Below, piece after piece: positions 11,815 through 25,216 of a stretch of 64,000 nucleotides of DNA. How positions within the stretch are numbered: position 1 is the stretch's first letter; every line of letters starts with the position of its first letter. The notes beneath the pieces were generated by a model. That model did not search any database, was not told the DNA's origin, and saw only the letters and a program-made list of their open reading frames with translations. A program made the position numbers and the translations under genes. The stretch covers positions 1,488,001 to 1,552,000 of the forward strand of contig NW_027117338.1 of the NCBI RefSeq assembly GCF_038025025.1. Direction: 5' to 3'. This DNA comes from Phyllosticta citribraziliensis. Taxonomy: Eukaryota.

Positions 11815-13248
11815 GGTCGTGGGTAGCGTTGGTTCCTGTGGCGGTGTGCCCGGTTTGGTGGCTGGCTGGCTGGCTGGCTACTTCGTCGACGACAACAACA
11901 ACAATGATAACGAGTGCGACATGTCAAACATGGGGAGCAAACGAAACAAAACCAAGCATATCCAAACCCAGAGTCAAGCGTCTTTATAGGCAATGAAGAA
12001 GCTCCCCAGCACAGCCCGGCCAGCGCCAGCCAGCCCGGCCAGCCAACCCGCAGGCCCGCTCGCACGCCTCCGCCGAACCAACAACACTACGACGTGTTTG
12101 CTGCCGGCCGATGCGTTTCACAGGTTCGCGCGCTCGCATCATCTCCGCAACCAAAACACGACATGGCCTGCCTGCGACCCTGCCTGACCGCCTCCTCCCC
12201 GCACGGTAGCTCTCTCGTCATCCCGCACCATCTAGGACGCGCCTTGGCTCCCATTTCCCCTTGTCTTTCTCTTTTCTCTCTCCTTGTCTCTCCCCAAAAA
12301 GTAAATCCTCTCCTCTTTTGGGCTTGCGACCTCATGGCCGCCATGTGCAACCCCTCTTTGTCTCGTTTCGTCGATGCGGGTGCGATGCCGCGGCCCGCCC
12401 GCTCCCCAAAGACGAGCCTCTACAGATCGCGGCTGATGTGCTTCCTTGTATTGATTCTAGTCGTCAAGTCCCACTGCTTGTAGTAGTGCGCCGCCTCTGG
12501 CGTTTGTTCAAGAGACCCGTCATATTTCTGTCGAAAAGGCGGCGGCCATGTGATGCTTTGGTGGAAGCCATCCGGCATTTTTCGGATAATTTTCCCAGTT
12601 CTTGACCACGCGGCTGCTTGGGCACAATATGGGGTGATGAGATCTGTGATGAGCGACTGGATGGACGTTAGCAGCATGTGAATTTTGTGCTTCCCCTGAC
12701 TCTGGGGTTGGGGTAAGAGCTGGGGATCCTTGCGGGCAGAGAAGGGAGAAGCAACGGTTCAAGGGACAGGCGTTGTGCGGGTTGCGCAAGTCGACGAATG
12801 CCGCCACGGAATGCGCTTCTGCCGCATGCGCTGAACTTCGCACGCTACAGATACATGAACATGTACCTAGGCGCAGGTAGTAGAGCTGCCCATCTGAGGC
12901 GGGGTTGACAATAGTCGCTGCCCATCGCATCGCGCTTCAATAACTCAAAAAATGCTTCTTTTGCATTGACATGGATGGATGGATTCGCTAGGACATGACG
13001 TCACATGAAGATCGATCGTCACCCCGCCTCACTTCACTTCGTCCAGCAACAGCGCAAATGTCCAGTATGACCACAGATACATGTCTGTCGACCGTCGACG
13101 CTGTTCCCATTGAAATTGTAGTGCTCGCCGTCATGCTGAGCTAGCTATTTGAGCTATAGCATCCTCCACGGCAAGGTCCTGCTTCCAGATTCGTTCCCTG
13201 AGCCAGCTGCTCACTTGTCTCTAACCGCTCGTTGCAACTCCAATCCAC

Positions 13249-14461
13249 CTAATCCATCTTGAGCTCGATCTGCTCCATGCCCGACTTTCCAGCGAAACCG
13301 AAGCCCTGCTGGCGGTAAAAGAGCTGAATGCTGTCGCGACGGGTTTTGTCGAAGTCGAGGCCGGCGTCACGGCAGTCGTCGATGAAGACAACTTCTTCCA
13401 GTTCGGTGAAATGCTGGAAGGAAGTGCTGTCGACAACGAAGTTGCCGAGGCGCAAAACCTTGACGGAAAAGCTGTGCATCGGGGTGGCGCTGCCAGCGCG
13501 GACCGCATTGCGCGCGTATGCCATGCTTAGATGGTCAAGATACTCGCCATAGCCACTCACGTGGTGCAACATTCCCTTTCCGTCCTGGCCACTTCGCAAA
13601 GGTCAGCTGGTGCTATTATGTGAAGAGCAAAATACTCACTGGTACTTGTCACCAGGGTTGCCCGCAAGCTTCCAGTGCTTGCCGATGCGAGCGAAGGGGG
13701 TACCATCCTCGGCGCGAGTGATGGGGTGAAGGAGCATTCCAAGCTCGAGGACGCGAAGATGGTTGTTGCGCCAGGCCGTCTCCCAGATGATGGACTGGAA
13801 AGACTCGGTCATGCCGTAGATGCACAGCGAGTCGAGGTTGCGGAAGACAGTCAAGTGTTTGAGGTCGTCATGGGTGAAGTATTCGGGGTGAGGAGCATCG
13901 TTCTCGCGGTCCTCAGCATCGGGGACGAACACGTTCAGGGAGAGCTGCGTGATGTCGGGGTTGACCACGGGCCAGATCTCCTTGGAGAAAGGCAGATCAG
14001 ACTCCCACCTGCGAGTGTTAACATTCCCCTCTGTTGAACATTCGGGTCACTTACTTCAGCGAAGTCAGTCCGAACATCTTGGCCAGAACACCCTTGATCT
14101 TGCGGACCGCCAGGGTCCACTCAAGCTCGTGCTTCTTAAGGACATCGTTGTTGGCGGCAGCATCGCTGTGGGAACGGGAACGCGTCAAGTCGCCAGTGCG
14201 GACCGAGCCGGTATCGACAGGGACTTGGGGCTCGAGCTTGCCAAACCTGTCCTCGATCTTGTCGACGTCTTCGTGACTGTAGATCCAGGGACCGACGATC
14301 ACGAATTCCGTCGCGGTTGCGAGGTTCTCCTTTTCCTTTCCGGTCAGGAGGTCGTCGACGCGACGAATGACGCGCTCCAAGGAGCAGGTCTTGTCCACCT
14401 CGCCCGCGACGGCGCCGGTGAGGATGATGATGCGGTCGGCATCGTTGTGAACGGGCGTCAT
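13249..14461 (-). CDS. Hypothetical protein, about three exons
   Basis: ORFs 14051..14500, 13636..13968 and 13249..13599 are separated by GT-AG introns (donors GTAAGT ~14054, GTGAGT ~13639) and look coding; no family recognised. Confidence 0.6.
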
Positions 14462-15535
14462 GGCGGCTTTCAGGGGGTGGGTGGATGAATAGTAATTCAA
14501 GGGGTGAATAGGATTGTTGAGCGCCGAGATGCCTGTCGATAGACAATCTCAAAGCTCAGTGGGGAGGGTGGTGGTTGTAGAAAGTCGAAGATCGTGGCGC
14601 GGCTTTGAAGTCATTGACCACAATGAGGTTCGCTTAGCAGGCGCGCCTTCCTTCAGTACAGGTGGGCAGTATCCAGGCGGCATAGGGGCGCGACTTCCGT
14701 CGCAAACTCAGGCTGCTTAACTAGAATGCATTTCTGCTTAGAAGTCACATGCGCAACTGCGCCAGGCGCAATCACAAAGTGATTTCTGTATCTGGCATTG
14801 CACAAGTGTTAAATTTTGGTGACTGCCATGCCACATGCACTACGTCTAACAGTCAGTCCTACTAGTCAGGTTTCCTCTTTGGGGCCTGAGTAACATACAA
14901 CATAGGGGGTCTACTAAGGAGGCTCCATGCGCGTTCACACTTGTCGCTGTTGCAGGCTGACTGCGAAAATCATGTTTGCTTGTATAGCGCCCATTTGTCG
15001 TCGGTCTCCACGCCCTAGATTGGACTTGTCAGTGTTTCTGAAGCAGGACTGAATGAGGCAGCAAAAATTGCTGTAGTTATTGCCTTGGAGATAGTGCAGC
15101 TTGACTTGACGAGCGCAAACACAGTTCCAAACTCGCAATCAACCTAGAGAACAGCGTGGATTGGAAGCAAAGCTTGAATGTGGCGCACCGTCTTTTGCAG
15201 CAAAACACGCCAAATACCCTGAAGCCAGCAATTTCCATTTGCAACGAACGATATGGGGAATCTCAAACGCTCTGCTGCTTGTATAAAAACAGGATATTAT
15301 GCAAGAATTGTCGAATACGCAGGTACAGCGGGCGGGTCCAGCCGGCCCATCGCGAGATAAAGACCAAATGTTCTGCCACTGATTGCTTGAAGACGCGTCT
15401 GAAGACATCGGATGCAGATCAGAGCAACGGCAAAGTCCGAGCTCGCTGGCCGAGCCAAAGACCCAGCTCTGCATGTGCAAATGAAAGATCGGGTTGTCGG
15501 TGCAGCCTCAATTCGTGCCGAAACGGAAGCGCTCC

Positions 15536-16342
15536 CTACCCCGTCCACACCGGCGGCCCAGGTGGATCATATCGTTCCGGGATTGGATACCAGATGTTTA
15601 TTTTGATCCCCGGATCGTCGACCTTGTAGGCACCCGGGATGGCGACTTTTGGGCCAGGGTTTCCGGTACCGCCGCCCGTGACTCGAACCTGCGCGCAGCC
15701 GACGTAGAACTGTGCCCCATTGTCCTGGCTTGCCTGGTGGAGAGATATTTGCTCCGCGCGGATGAGGTATTCGCCGTCGGGCGTAGACTTGGGAATGGTA
15801 GCATTGAGCATCTTCGAATCTAGAGAAATCGTCAGAAGAATGTTGGAGGGCTTTCGGCCACGAATGAAGGATGCGCACTCATGCCAGGCCAGTCCATTTG
15901 GTGCTCCGTAATGTTCGCTTGCGACGCAAAGATCTTGAACCAAACGTCCCCATCCCCAGCGAAATCCGCCGCATTTACGCCATCTGGCGCTCTGGCCATG
16001 TAGACCTGGAAGGGGCCGGGATGCGTCATTGCTTGTGACGCTTGGAATGCGATCTCTTCGCCAGCCTGCACCTCTTTCGTGCTGGTCCTGTTGGGTGGAT
16101 TTGCTTCATTGCAGCGAAGCGCAGCAGAGTTGACGTCGCCTTTCACGGGCGATTGTCCGTAATGGTCGTCGACTAGCCGCACAAACTCCCACTCGCCGCT
16201 GGGCTGCCCTTGTGTGACGAGTACTGGATAGTTCCCTGATCTTGTCATCAGCGTTTGGTCCGTCGGCCTCGTCTTTGGATGGCTTACAGTGTGCAGTGCC
16301 TACGCTGCAAGCAGCAAGGAATGAAATGAGTGTGTACTTCAT
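15536..16342 (-). CDS. AA9 (GH61) lytic polysaccharide monooxygenase
   Basis: Signal peptide followed by His1 (spliced H-W-N-Y-P), second His in [36 protein letters not shown]-terminal PPGPPVW. Confidence 0.93.
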
Positions 16343-17685
16343 CACGACCGCGGCAATGACAGACGAAATGAACGGATGGAGAGAGCCCAGAACTTCCCTT
16401 GTCTTTCATTTCCCGAGCCATTGTTATATATTAAAGGGCTTGGTGTTACTTGCGCCTGCGAGTTCTCTCACATCTTTGCATCAATCTCCTGGGGTAATGC
16501 ATATACTCAACAGCAATCCGAGAGGTGGTGTGACGAGACGGAAACTTGGCTGCGCCATGACGTCGAATCATACATGCCGTGTGCATAATTCGAAAAAGGC
16601 CCTGGCGACTAGTCAGGGCCAAAGGTGCCCTGGCGCCCTCTTTTGAGATTTTGATACCCAGTTTGGGAAACGTGACAGCTTCCCTGGTCCTGCACTCTTT
16701 AATGCACACAGCCTAAGCCTGGCCACGACTTGGACCTGCGCCCTCGCGAATCTTATCTCCTCGGCCGCGTGGCAGTTGCAAACGCTGAGAGTAGTTTTAG
16801 GCTGAAGGGAAAACGCCGACAAGCGAGTGAATGGTCTTTCGGCGATTCTAGACCGCACCACTGATTCTCTTGACCTCTTGATTAGTAGCGTCTTGCAATT
16901 CGGCCCAGGAAAGCTGAGGCAGACGAGAGGATACTAGCTGAGAGCTACTGGAGGGGACGCCGATCTTTGCTTACTACAAGACAAGTGTCGGTATGTCGGC
17001 GGTTATCTTTCAGAGAGAAGCTGTCTTCATGCTTGATTGATCAGGGAAAGAACGGTGATTGAGTATCAGATCACCGAAATGAGGCGTCACGAAACTGCGA
17101 GAGAGGACAAACTCGGCGAGCTCTTCATGGAGATGGGGGACCTTGCAGTGGTACAGTGGCGGTGCGGCGGCAGCGCAGCGGGGCGGGTTGACGAAGCCCC
17201 AGGTTGCGCAAGGCGTCGATCCTCAGTGTGGATATGGATCTGTGGAATGTACATGGCCAGAGATGTCGGCGTCGGCAGGTCAATGTCTCCGATGATTTTG
17301 CAAACCATCCAGTTGGTTCGCCGAATGCCTGCGCAGCTCTTACAAATTGAGTGACAAACTGTGGAGAAGGTGGCTTGAAAGGTTGAGACTAGCCCAGAAA
17401 CTATGTAGGGCGGTCTCGCAGCATGAGCATTGACGTTCATGGAAGGATTGGTTGCCCAGAAGAGATGGGTGAAGTAGTTCTGTAACTCGCAAATGTCACA
17501 GCTCGAGTGGCTGGTGAGCGAAGCGGAATCCGGGCGAATGAGGAGATCTGGGAAAGGGCGGCGAAATTGAAGTGAAGGCAGACTACAGATGAGCGCTGCA
17601 AAATGGTTTGGGCGTGTCGAGCGAGTGGGTGTTGAGAACGACGATGGAACGGCGAGGAGCGAAGTCTGAGGACCAGAGGAGGTTC

Positions 17686-17926
17686 CAAGGCTTAGTAGTA
17701 GCAAAAGTCGTGGCACACACAACCCAGCCGATCACTACTTGATGCTTGAACGCTCCCCGTTAGTCACAGTCATAGCGCAAGAATGCTCCCCATTACTTAC
17801 AGTTACAGCGCACGAATGCTCCCTATCGGTCATTCAATACGTAGGTAGAGTAAATGAATGAATGCGCCCTCGTAGGCGTGACCAATTCTCTGCTCTTATT
17901 GTGTGCCACGACTTTTGTGACCGAGC
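17686..17926 (+). mobile_element. Class I TIR element (MITE-like) with four GAATGCTCC units
   Basis: Perfect 17-bp inverted repeat caaaagtcgtggcacac (17702-17718) / gtgtgccacgacttttg (17901-17917); cores at 17748, 17781, 17814, 17860. Confidence 0.85.
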
Positions 17927-18441
17927 GCTTATTCTTTTCACAACCTGATTGGCTAGTGATTCTGACCAATCGCTGCCCCCAAAAGACGGCCACGACAATC
18001 CGGATTCACCTGGACTGCCTGAGCAACACCCATTGCATCACGCTGTCTGGGACCTCAGGTCTATTGTTCAGAGCCGCTTGCAACTTGAGACCCTACGATA
18101 CTGAATCCAATCCAATTCCGCACAGCCTTGGCGACCACAAGCGGACGCCGGATCCACGAAAACAATCGAATCGCTCACGTCAACAAAGAGGCTCAGGACC
18201 AATGTGCCGTGACTTCTTCAATTGAAAGACTCGACGTTTGTGTACCCATGAGTCTTTATTCAAGAGGTACGATGATAAAATGCTGTAAGAGTCGGTTGAT
18301 TCTTCCGCACAGCAGTCCTGCTGCATTTCCATAGCTGACATGGTTGTCAAGTTTCTTCACAAGCTCCCTTGGCTGCTCTCCAGCTTCAAATCCCGAACAA
18401 TCGTCTTTAAATACGACAAGCGCAACAGTTTACTGTATCTC

Positions 18442-19334
18442 ATGGCCGAAATTCGGGGCAAAGAGCGGCGAGTGGGTACTGGCTTCAAATGTCCCAAAGA
18501 TTACGTTTGGCTTAAAAAGGGCGACCCATACATGACGCGCCATTGGTAGCCTCCCCAACTCAGGCACCGTTGCGACACCCGCTAACAAATTCATGCAGCC
18601 GAGAAATTACCTTGGCAGGGGGCAAGACCCTCTTCACAAAAATCGATGCCAAAGAGCGGCCGGTCGGTCTATACTTGCCGCAGCAAGTCTATGAGGTAGT
18701 CAAGACCGCCGATGCCTCGACAAAGGAAAAGCGCCAGGCCGCCACGAAGAGAAAAGATGCACTTACTCTTGAAAAGGCACGCGTTGCTTTGAACAAGTCC
18801 TTCCCTGCGATGCCCAAGGAAGACGAGGAAGCTGTACTAACTCGCGCATGGAAGAAGAGCAGCGGACGCGTTGGTCGAACTGAGACAATTTCCATGGAAG
18901 TCAAAGTCAAGCTAGGCGTGACTGCGCACGCGCGGCATGCGTATACCGAATACGACGAGCTCCTCAAGCAAGGTTTCACGCAAAAGGTGGCTAGAGAAAA
19001 GATCAAGACTGACGTTGAGGATATTGTGTCAAAATGGCAGGGGATGTCTCACATGTCCAAGGGGATGATCAGGGACTCTGAAGGAGAAGAATTGTCAGAA
19101 TATTCGGATTCGGATCCGTCAGCCGAAGCCACATCAATTACCAGGACCTTGAGGAAGAGGACGACAGCCATGAAGAAGACGACCGAGAATCTGACCTCTG
19201 AGAATGCCGCTACAGAGACCAGAAGTCGGAAGAAGGCAGCAAGGCCAGCCAAGCGCGCGGGTAAGGCGGTTGTGCCGAAGAGAAAATCAAACACAAAGAA
19301 AGCGTCAAAAGGCTCAAGACCAAAGAAAAGGTGA
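18442..19334 (+). CDS. DUF2293-family protein with basic C-terminal tail
   Basis: Two exons (intron ~18546-18598); SGRVGRT...TAHARHAYTEYDELL...AREKI...IVSKW pattern characteristic of DUF2293. Confidence 0.8.
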
Positions 19335-19649
19335 AAGACGGTAAAGACAACTGTTAGATTTAGACTCCTAGAAGGTCCCAGGAAGGATTAATGATGTTCC
19401 CAAGCAAAGCGCAGTGTCGCAACAACCTATCAGCTTTCACCATTCTATTGTACAAGCCAGGTCGTGCAGTCGTTGAAAAGACCTGGTGAACCCGCGGGGT
19501 ATCTCGATATTTTGGCCTAAGCAATTAACGCCTGTTCCCTCCGAGCTAACGCCAACCTCATCCAATGAAAGGGAAAATGCAGAGAGCTTTTGACCTTGAG
19601 TCCCTCCCGAATGAATGCTCATGAGCAGACAATTAAAAATAAGATGCTC

Positions 19650-20936
19650 TCATCTTTCCATCTTCGCGGCCCGCGACAAGAGCCTGATGTTGCTCAGAAA
19701 CGTCTTGACCACCTCCTCGTAGCAAGCCTCTGGGGAGTTGTTCATCGTAAGCAAGCCTTGGTGGATCAATGCACCTGTGTCGATTTCAACTTCTAGCTCG
19801 TGCACCTTCTCGCCAATGCCGTCGTCCTTCTTGACCTGTGTCAGGTCAATCTGGGTGTGCTGGTGCTTGTAGCTAAGGCGGTCCTTGAGGCGCGCCACCT
19901 CGTCCTTGGCTTCCAGAAGACTGACTTCCTCGGGAATCTCCAATTCAATATTGACGCTAATGCGGCAGTCGAATGGCTCGCGGGGGGAGTGTATGTCGAG
20001 ATCGGCCACTCGGCACTTCAAGATGCGCGCCTTCATCTTGTGGGTAACTTGGTCCCGCGTAATTCGTACGCGAGGCTTGCGGTGATGTCCTTTGGCATAT
20101 ATGTATGGCTGCACCGAAGGTGGCAGGGCTGCCAGGTCGGCATCTTCTGCATGGTAGAATGTGTCCTTCTCCCGCAAGTGTTCGTACCGCATTTTGGGAC
20201 GATTCGACTTGTGGCTGTCGGCCAACGACTTGTTCAAAAAGTCGTTCAGGAATTTGTGTTGTTGCTGCAGAAGGTGTCAATTTGAGGCTCCGCTAAGAGG
20301 ATGCGTGGTACATACTTCGCTCATAAAACTCCGGAAAGACAGGCGCTCGGGTGGGATGGCAAGGACGGCCTGGCTGGCGATTGGGTATGAGACGCGATCG
20401 TTGGTTTCCTTGCTGACGAGGATTCCCAGCTTGCCCTCGACCTCGAGCTTGACGCCGTAGTTTGCGCCGTACGGATTGTTGCCGTGAAGATCCTCGCGCA
20501 TCACAACATTGTTCCAGAGAAAGTCGCACACCTGACGCGTTATTTCGTCATAGGGCGCAATGTTGGTGAGACTGGGCTCCAATTCTGAAAACTCCTGCGG
20601 AGGCACGGGGATGGGCTTGGGCAGGGCGTGGGATAGACTTTGTGTTTGCTGAACCGGCGGCGGGACATTGTCTACGGCGGTTGGCTGCTTTGGCTCGGTG
20701 CGCGTTAGAGACGACCAGTCGAAGCGCTTGGCCCAGTTCGGAATTTCTTTTCGCATGGTCGCCTGTCGGTGCAGCTGCGGTGACGCCTGAGGGACGGGCG
20801 ACGTTTTGGAAGCTTGCGAGGGCGCCGTGGACGAAGGCGTCTGCGATAGGACTGAAGCCGCAGAAGCTTGACGGCCGCTTTTGGGGGTCTTGGGAGGCAA
20901 GTCCCCCTCGTCGTTTAAGACTGTCCGAATGTCCAT
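19650..20936 (-). CDS. CET1: mRNA capping enzyme beta subunit (RNA 5'-triphosphatase, CYTH fold)
   Basis: LEVEGKLG, RVRITRD, DCRISVNIE, RLKDRLSY, QIDLTQV, HELEVE tunnel motifs; one intron near 20310-20268. Confidence 0.92.
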
Positions 20937-21460
20937 TGCAGCGATCAATACGAGACAGGGGTTCTGGTCGATGTGGGCTCTGAAGCGTCGACAAGGGACG
21001 TATGCTGGTGTGTGAGGCGGCGAAAGGTGAGGGCGCTCGGCGGAGCTCCGCTGTGCTGCTGGCGATGGTGGCGCGACGCGGGAGCGACTTGGTTCGAAGG
21101 CGCGGTGGATGCGCAGAGGATCAACAATGGCGCCTACAAGGCCGGTCTCTGGTGAGCACGACGCTCGTCGGCGACAAGGTTGGCGGCCACATGAAGCTGT
21201 AGAGCAGGCCTGGATTATACCTTACCTTCGACCGACGGAGCGCTGGCGGCAGCTGGTCACGTAAGCGGTGCGGCCTCACATGCCTGCCTGGCGGCGGCTT
21301 GGCGCAAGTCGAGCTTCCAACCGCGAGAGCTCCCCCATCATCATCACCAACACATCCTCCCTCTCGCACCTGCACTCGCCCCATCCCCACGATCCACTTC
21401 ATGACGGCCGTCTCCCACCCGCGCACGCCCGTCTCGACCCAACCCTCAGAACGCTCCATT

Positions 21461-24400
21461 ATGGGAGGTTTGACCTCGGCCGCAGGCCTCGTCGGCTTCC
21501 TGTCCGAGCCGGACAACGACCTCAGGTCCTTCGCTCTCCATCGATTAAACCAGGAAATCGATCTGCTGTGGCCGGAAATCGCTGGCTCTGTTGGTCAAAT
21601 GTAAGCACTGCCCTGCCGCGTTGTTCGCGTCGAGGACGCCCTGTTTGATGAGCTGAGGCTTGGATGATGCAACCTCCATCAACACCCGCCACTGCGCGGA
21701 CCTTCACCTTTCTGATGGCAACCACGGGGGACATCGATGCTAACAAACCTCCTTCGACAGAGAAGCTCTTTATGAGGATGAATCCTTTCCCGAGCGAGAG
21801 CTTGCTGCTCTGGTGGCCGCCAAGGTCTACTATCAGCTCCAAGAGTACAACGAGAGCATGGTGTTCGCGTTGGGAGCAGGAAAGTTGTTCAGCATAGACA
21901 ATGCCGGCGAATTCGAGGACACGATAGTCGGTATGTCAACTTGAGACTCGCTGATGGATTACGCTGATTGCACCTCACATCAGCTAAATGTGTTGACACC
22001 TACATCGCCCTGTCCGCCATGCACAACCCGCCGGCCCCTGCAAGCACAGCGAACCAGCCACCACCACAGCTTACCACCGCCTTTCCGGCAAACGCAAATG
22101 GCAGCGCCAGCACCGCCGCGAGCATGACGTCCCCGACGACGCCATTCTCGCAATCGACCCTCCCATCCAAATCGCTCCTCTCCCGGGAGGACTCGTCTCC
22201 GTTTGATCCATCACTCCCAGGCGGTGGAAACGCAGGCACCCCCGGAGCACATCCTTCTCCGTTGGCTCTTCCCCGTCCGGTTCAAAAGAACCTCCAGGCG
22301 GTGATCCGGAGGCTTTTTGAGAGCTGCTACCAAGTTGGCGCATACCAGCAGGTGGTTGGCATCTCGATCGAGGCTAGGAATCTCGACGTTCTCAGAGAGA
22401 CGATTTTGAGGGCAAGCCAAGACGAGAAGAGCCAGGGCAAAAAGTCGACAAGTGGTGCCCCGGGCAAGAGTGAGGAGCTCATGGAATACATTCTGGACAT
22501 TTGCATGAATGTCGTTCAAGAACGGGGTCTCAGGAATGAGGTACACAACCCCGTCTCAAATAGATTTCATTCAGCTGACATGCCATCGCGTAGATTCTGA
22601 GGCTCATCCTCGACCTGCTCAACGACCTGCCGAATCCCGACTACTTCGCGATCGCCAAATGCGTCGTCTACCTCAATCAGCACTCGATGGCTTCGAACAT
22701 GCTCAGGCACCTGGTTGAGCGTGGTGACGCTCACTCGCTGGCTGTGGCATATCAAATTTCTTTCGACTTATACGACAACAGCACCCAGGAGTTCCTCTCC
22801 AGGGTTATCGAAGAGCTGCCGGATACCGAAGAGAAGAAGGACGACGCTGGATCACAAGCTACGGCGAACGGTGATGCCATGCAAACCGACTCGGCTGAGG
22901 GTACGCGGGAAACTGATGAGCTGCTAGCCAACGCCGAGAGCACACACACGGCAACGATTCCCTCTCGTACAAAGCCAAAGCCTGCCTCGGAAGATGAAAC
23001 GAAGGCCTTCGCGTCAATTCGTCGCATCCTCCAGGGAACCAAGTCAATTGAGCTCAATTTGGAATTCCTATACCGCAACAACCACGCGGATCGTAACGTT
23101 TTGAACAAGATTCGGGACAGCTTGGAAGCGCGGAACTCCATCTTCCACACCGCTGTGACGTTTTCGAACGCCTTCATGAACTCGGGAACCACGAACGACG
23201 GCTTCTTTCGGGACAACTTGGACTGGCTCCAAAAAGCGGTAAACTGGTCGAAATTCACGGCCACTGCGGCGCTCGGCGTCATCCACCGAGGCAACATCAC
23301 ACAGGGCCAGAGGCTGCTTGACCCTTATTTGCCCAAGGAAACCCACGTCGCAGGCTCTGCGTACAGCCAAGGAGGTTCGCTCTATGCTCTCGGCTTGATT
23401 TACAGCAACCATGGCACCGACGTGCTGGAATACCTTTCCACCCAGTTCAAGAAAGCTACCGAGGAAGTTGTCCAGCACGGCGGCGCTCTCGGCCTGGGCG
23501 TCGCTGGTATGGCCACCGGCAATGAAGAAATCTACGAGTCTTTGAAGACTGTGCTTTACACTGATTCTGCAATCAACGGCGAGGCCGTTGGTCTTGCCAT
23601 GGGACTTGTCATGTTGGGCACCGGAAACATCAAGGCACTTGAAGATATGATTCAGTATGCTCACGACACCCAACACGAGAAAATTGTGCGGGGTCTCGCA
23701 TTGGGCATGGCTCTCATCATGTATGGTCGTCAGGAGGCTGCTGACGAGCTCATCAACGGATTGTTGGAGGACCCTGACCCAACACTGAGGTACGGTGGCA
23801 TCATGACCATCGCGCTTGCATACTGCGGAACGAGCAGCAACAAGGCCGTCCGCAAGTTGCTCCATGTGGCTGTCAGCGACGTCAGTGACGATGTGCGCAG
23901 AGTGGCTGTCATGAGCTTGGGCTTTGTCCTTTTCCGCAAGCCTGGCGCCGTCCCTCGCATGGTTGAACTTCTCGCCGAATCTTACAACCCACATGTGCGT
24001 TACGGAGCCACCATGGCGCTGGGTATTGCCTGCGCTGGCACTGGCTTGGATGAGGCCATCGATCTCCTGGAACCCATGATGAAAGACTCGACGGACTTTG
24101 TTCGCCAAGGTGCTCTCATTTCCTTGTCGATGATCATGGTGCAACAGAACGAAGCCATGAACCCCAAGGTTGGCACGGTGCGCAAGACTCTCCAAAAGGT
24201 CATTAGCGACCGCCACGAGGATGCAATGGCGAAGTTTGGATGCGCCCTCGCTCTTGGTATCATAGATGCCGGCGGTCGCAACTGCACTATTGGCCTCCAG
24301 ACGCAGACTGGTAACCTCAACATGACGGCCATAGTCGGAATGGCTGTCTTTACCCAGTACTGGTACTGGTTCCCGCTGACCCATTTCTTGTCCCTCAGCT

Positions 24401-25216
24401 TCACGCCGACCGCCATCATCGGTGTGGACCAAGATCTCGAGATACCGAGCTTCAAATTTCACAGCGCAACAAGGCCAAGCATGTTCGATTACCCGCCGGA
24501 GGCCGAAGTGAAGACTGAAGAGGTGCCCGAAAAGGTGAAGACTGCTGTGCTCTCCACAACAGCACAGGCCAAGCGCCGGAAAATGGTCAAGGAGAGGCAG
24601 CAGAGAAGGGAAAGCATGGATGTTGACCAAACTCCCACCACCCCCAAGGTCTCGACTGCCGATGATGACAGGATGGACACGGATGAGGAGCCCAAGAAGG
24701 ACGAGAAGGGCGAGAAGGCTGAGGGTGAAAAGGAAAGCACACCTGCGGCCGAAGGTTCAAAGAAAAAGGTGGAGAAGGAGAAGGTTGGTTACGAGCTCGA
24801 AAACATGTCGAGGGTCCTCCCAGCGCAGCTCAAGTACATCAGCTTCCCCGGTGAACGCTACGTTCCGGTCAAGAAGGTTAGTTTCCATCTCCACTACCGT
24901 CCAGAAAAAGCTAACGCCGCAGTAGCCCACGGGTGGTGTCATCCTCGTCACGGACACAAAGCCTGACGAGCCCAAAGATCTCCTGCAACTGGAGCTTAAG
25001 CAGGCCGCGGCAACACCGGCTCCTGGGGCTCCAGGCCACACCTTGGAGGATCGCGTCAACCAAGCCTACGCTGAGCGTGATGCTGGCAACTCTCACACCA
25101 CAGGTGCTGCCGAGGCGGCGGGCGTCCTGACTGCCGTTGACGAAGATGAAGAGAATGGGGAGGAAGCAAGCGCACCAAGGGACTTTGAGTACTTTTCGGA
25201 GAACGACGAAGAGTAG
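21461..25216 (+). CDS. RPN2: 26S proteasome regulatory subunit Rpn2, multi-exon
   Basis: MGGLTSAAGLVGFL start; PC repeats (NWSKFTATAALGVIH, SYNPHVRYG, DAGGRN, QYWYWFP); LENMSRVLPAQ; last exon ends DFEYFSENDEE* at 25216. Confidence 0.96.

Noticed and set aside
12570..12600. AmyR-like CGG pair upstream of the GH31 gene
   Set aside because: Spacing is N7 rather than the CGG-N8-(C/A)GG consensus, and such short motifs occur by chance.
17087..17722. 211-aa minus-strand ORF
   Set aside because: Starts inside a class I TIR, low-information composition, no recognisable domain.
19606..19622. Single gaatgaatgctc word (also aatgaatgaatgcc near 47935)
   Set aside because: Isolated, with no 33-bp neighbour or TIR; could be chance.
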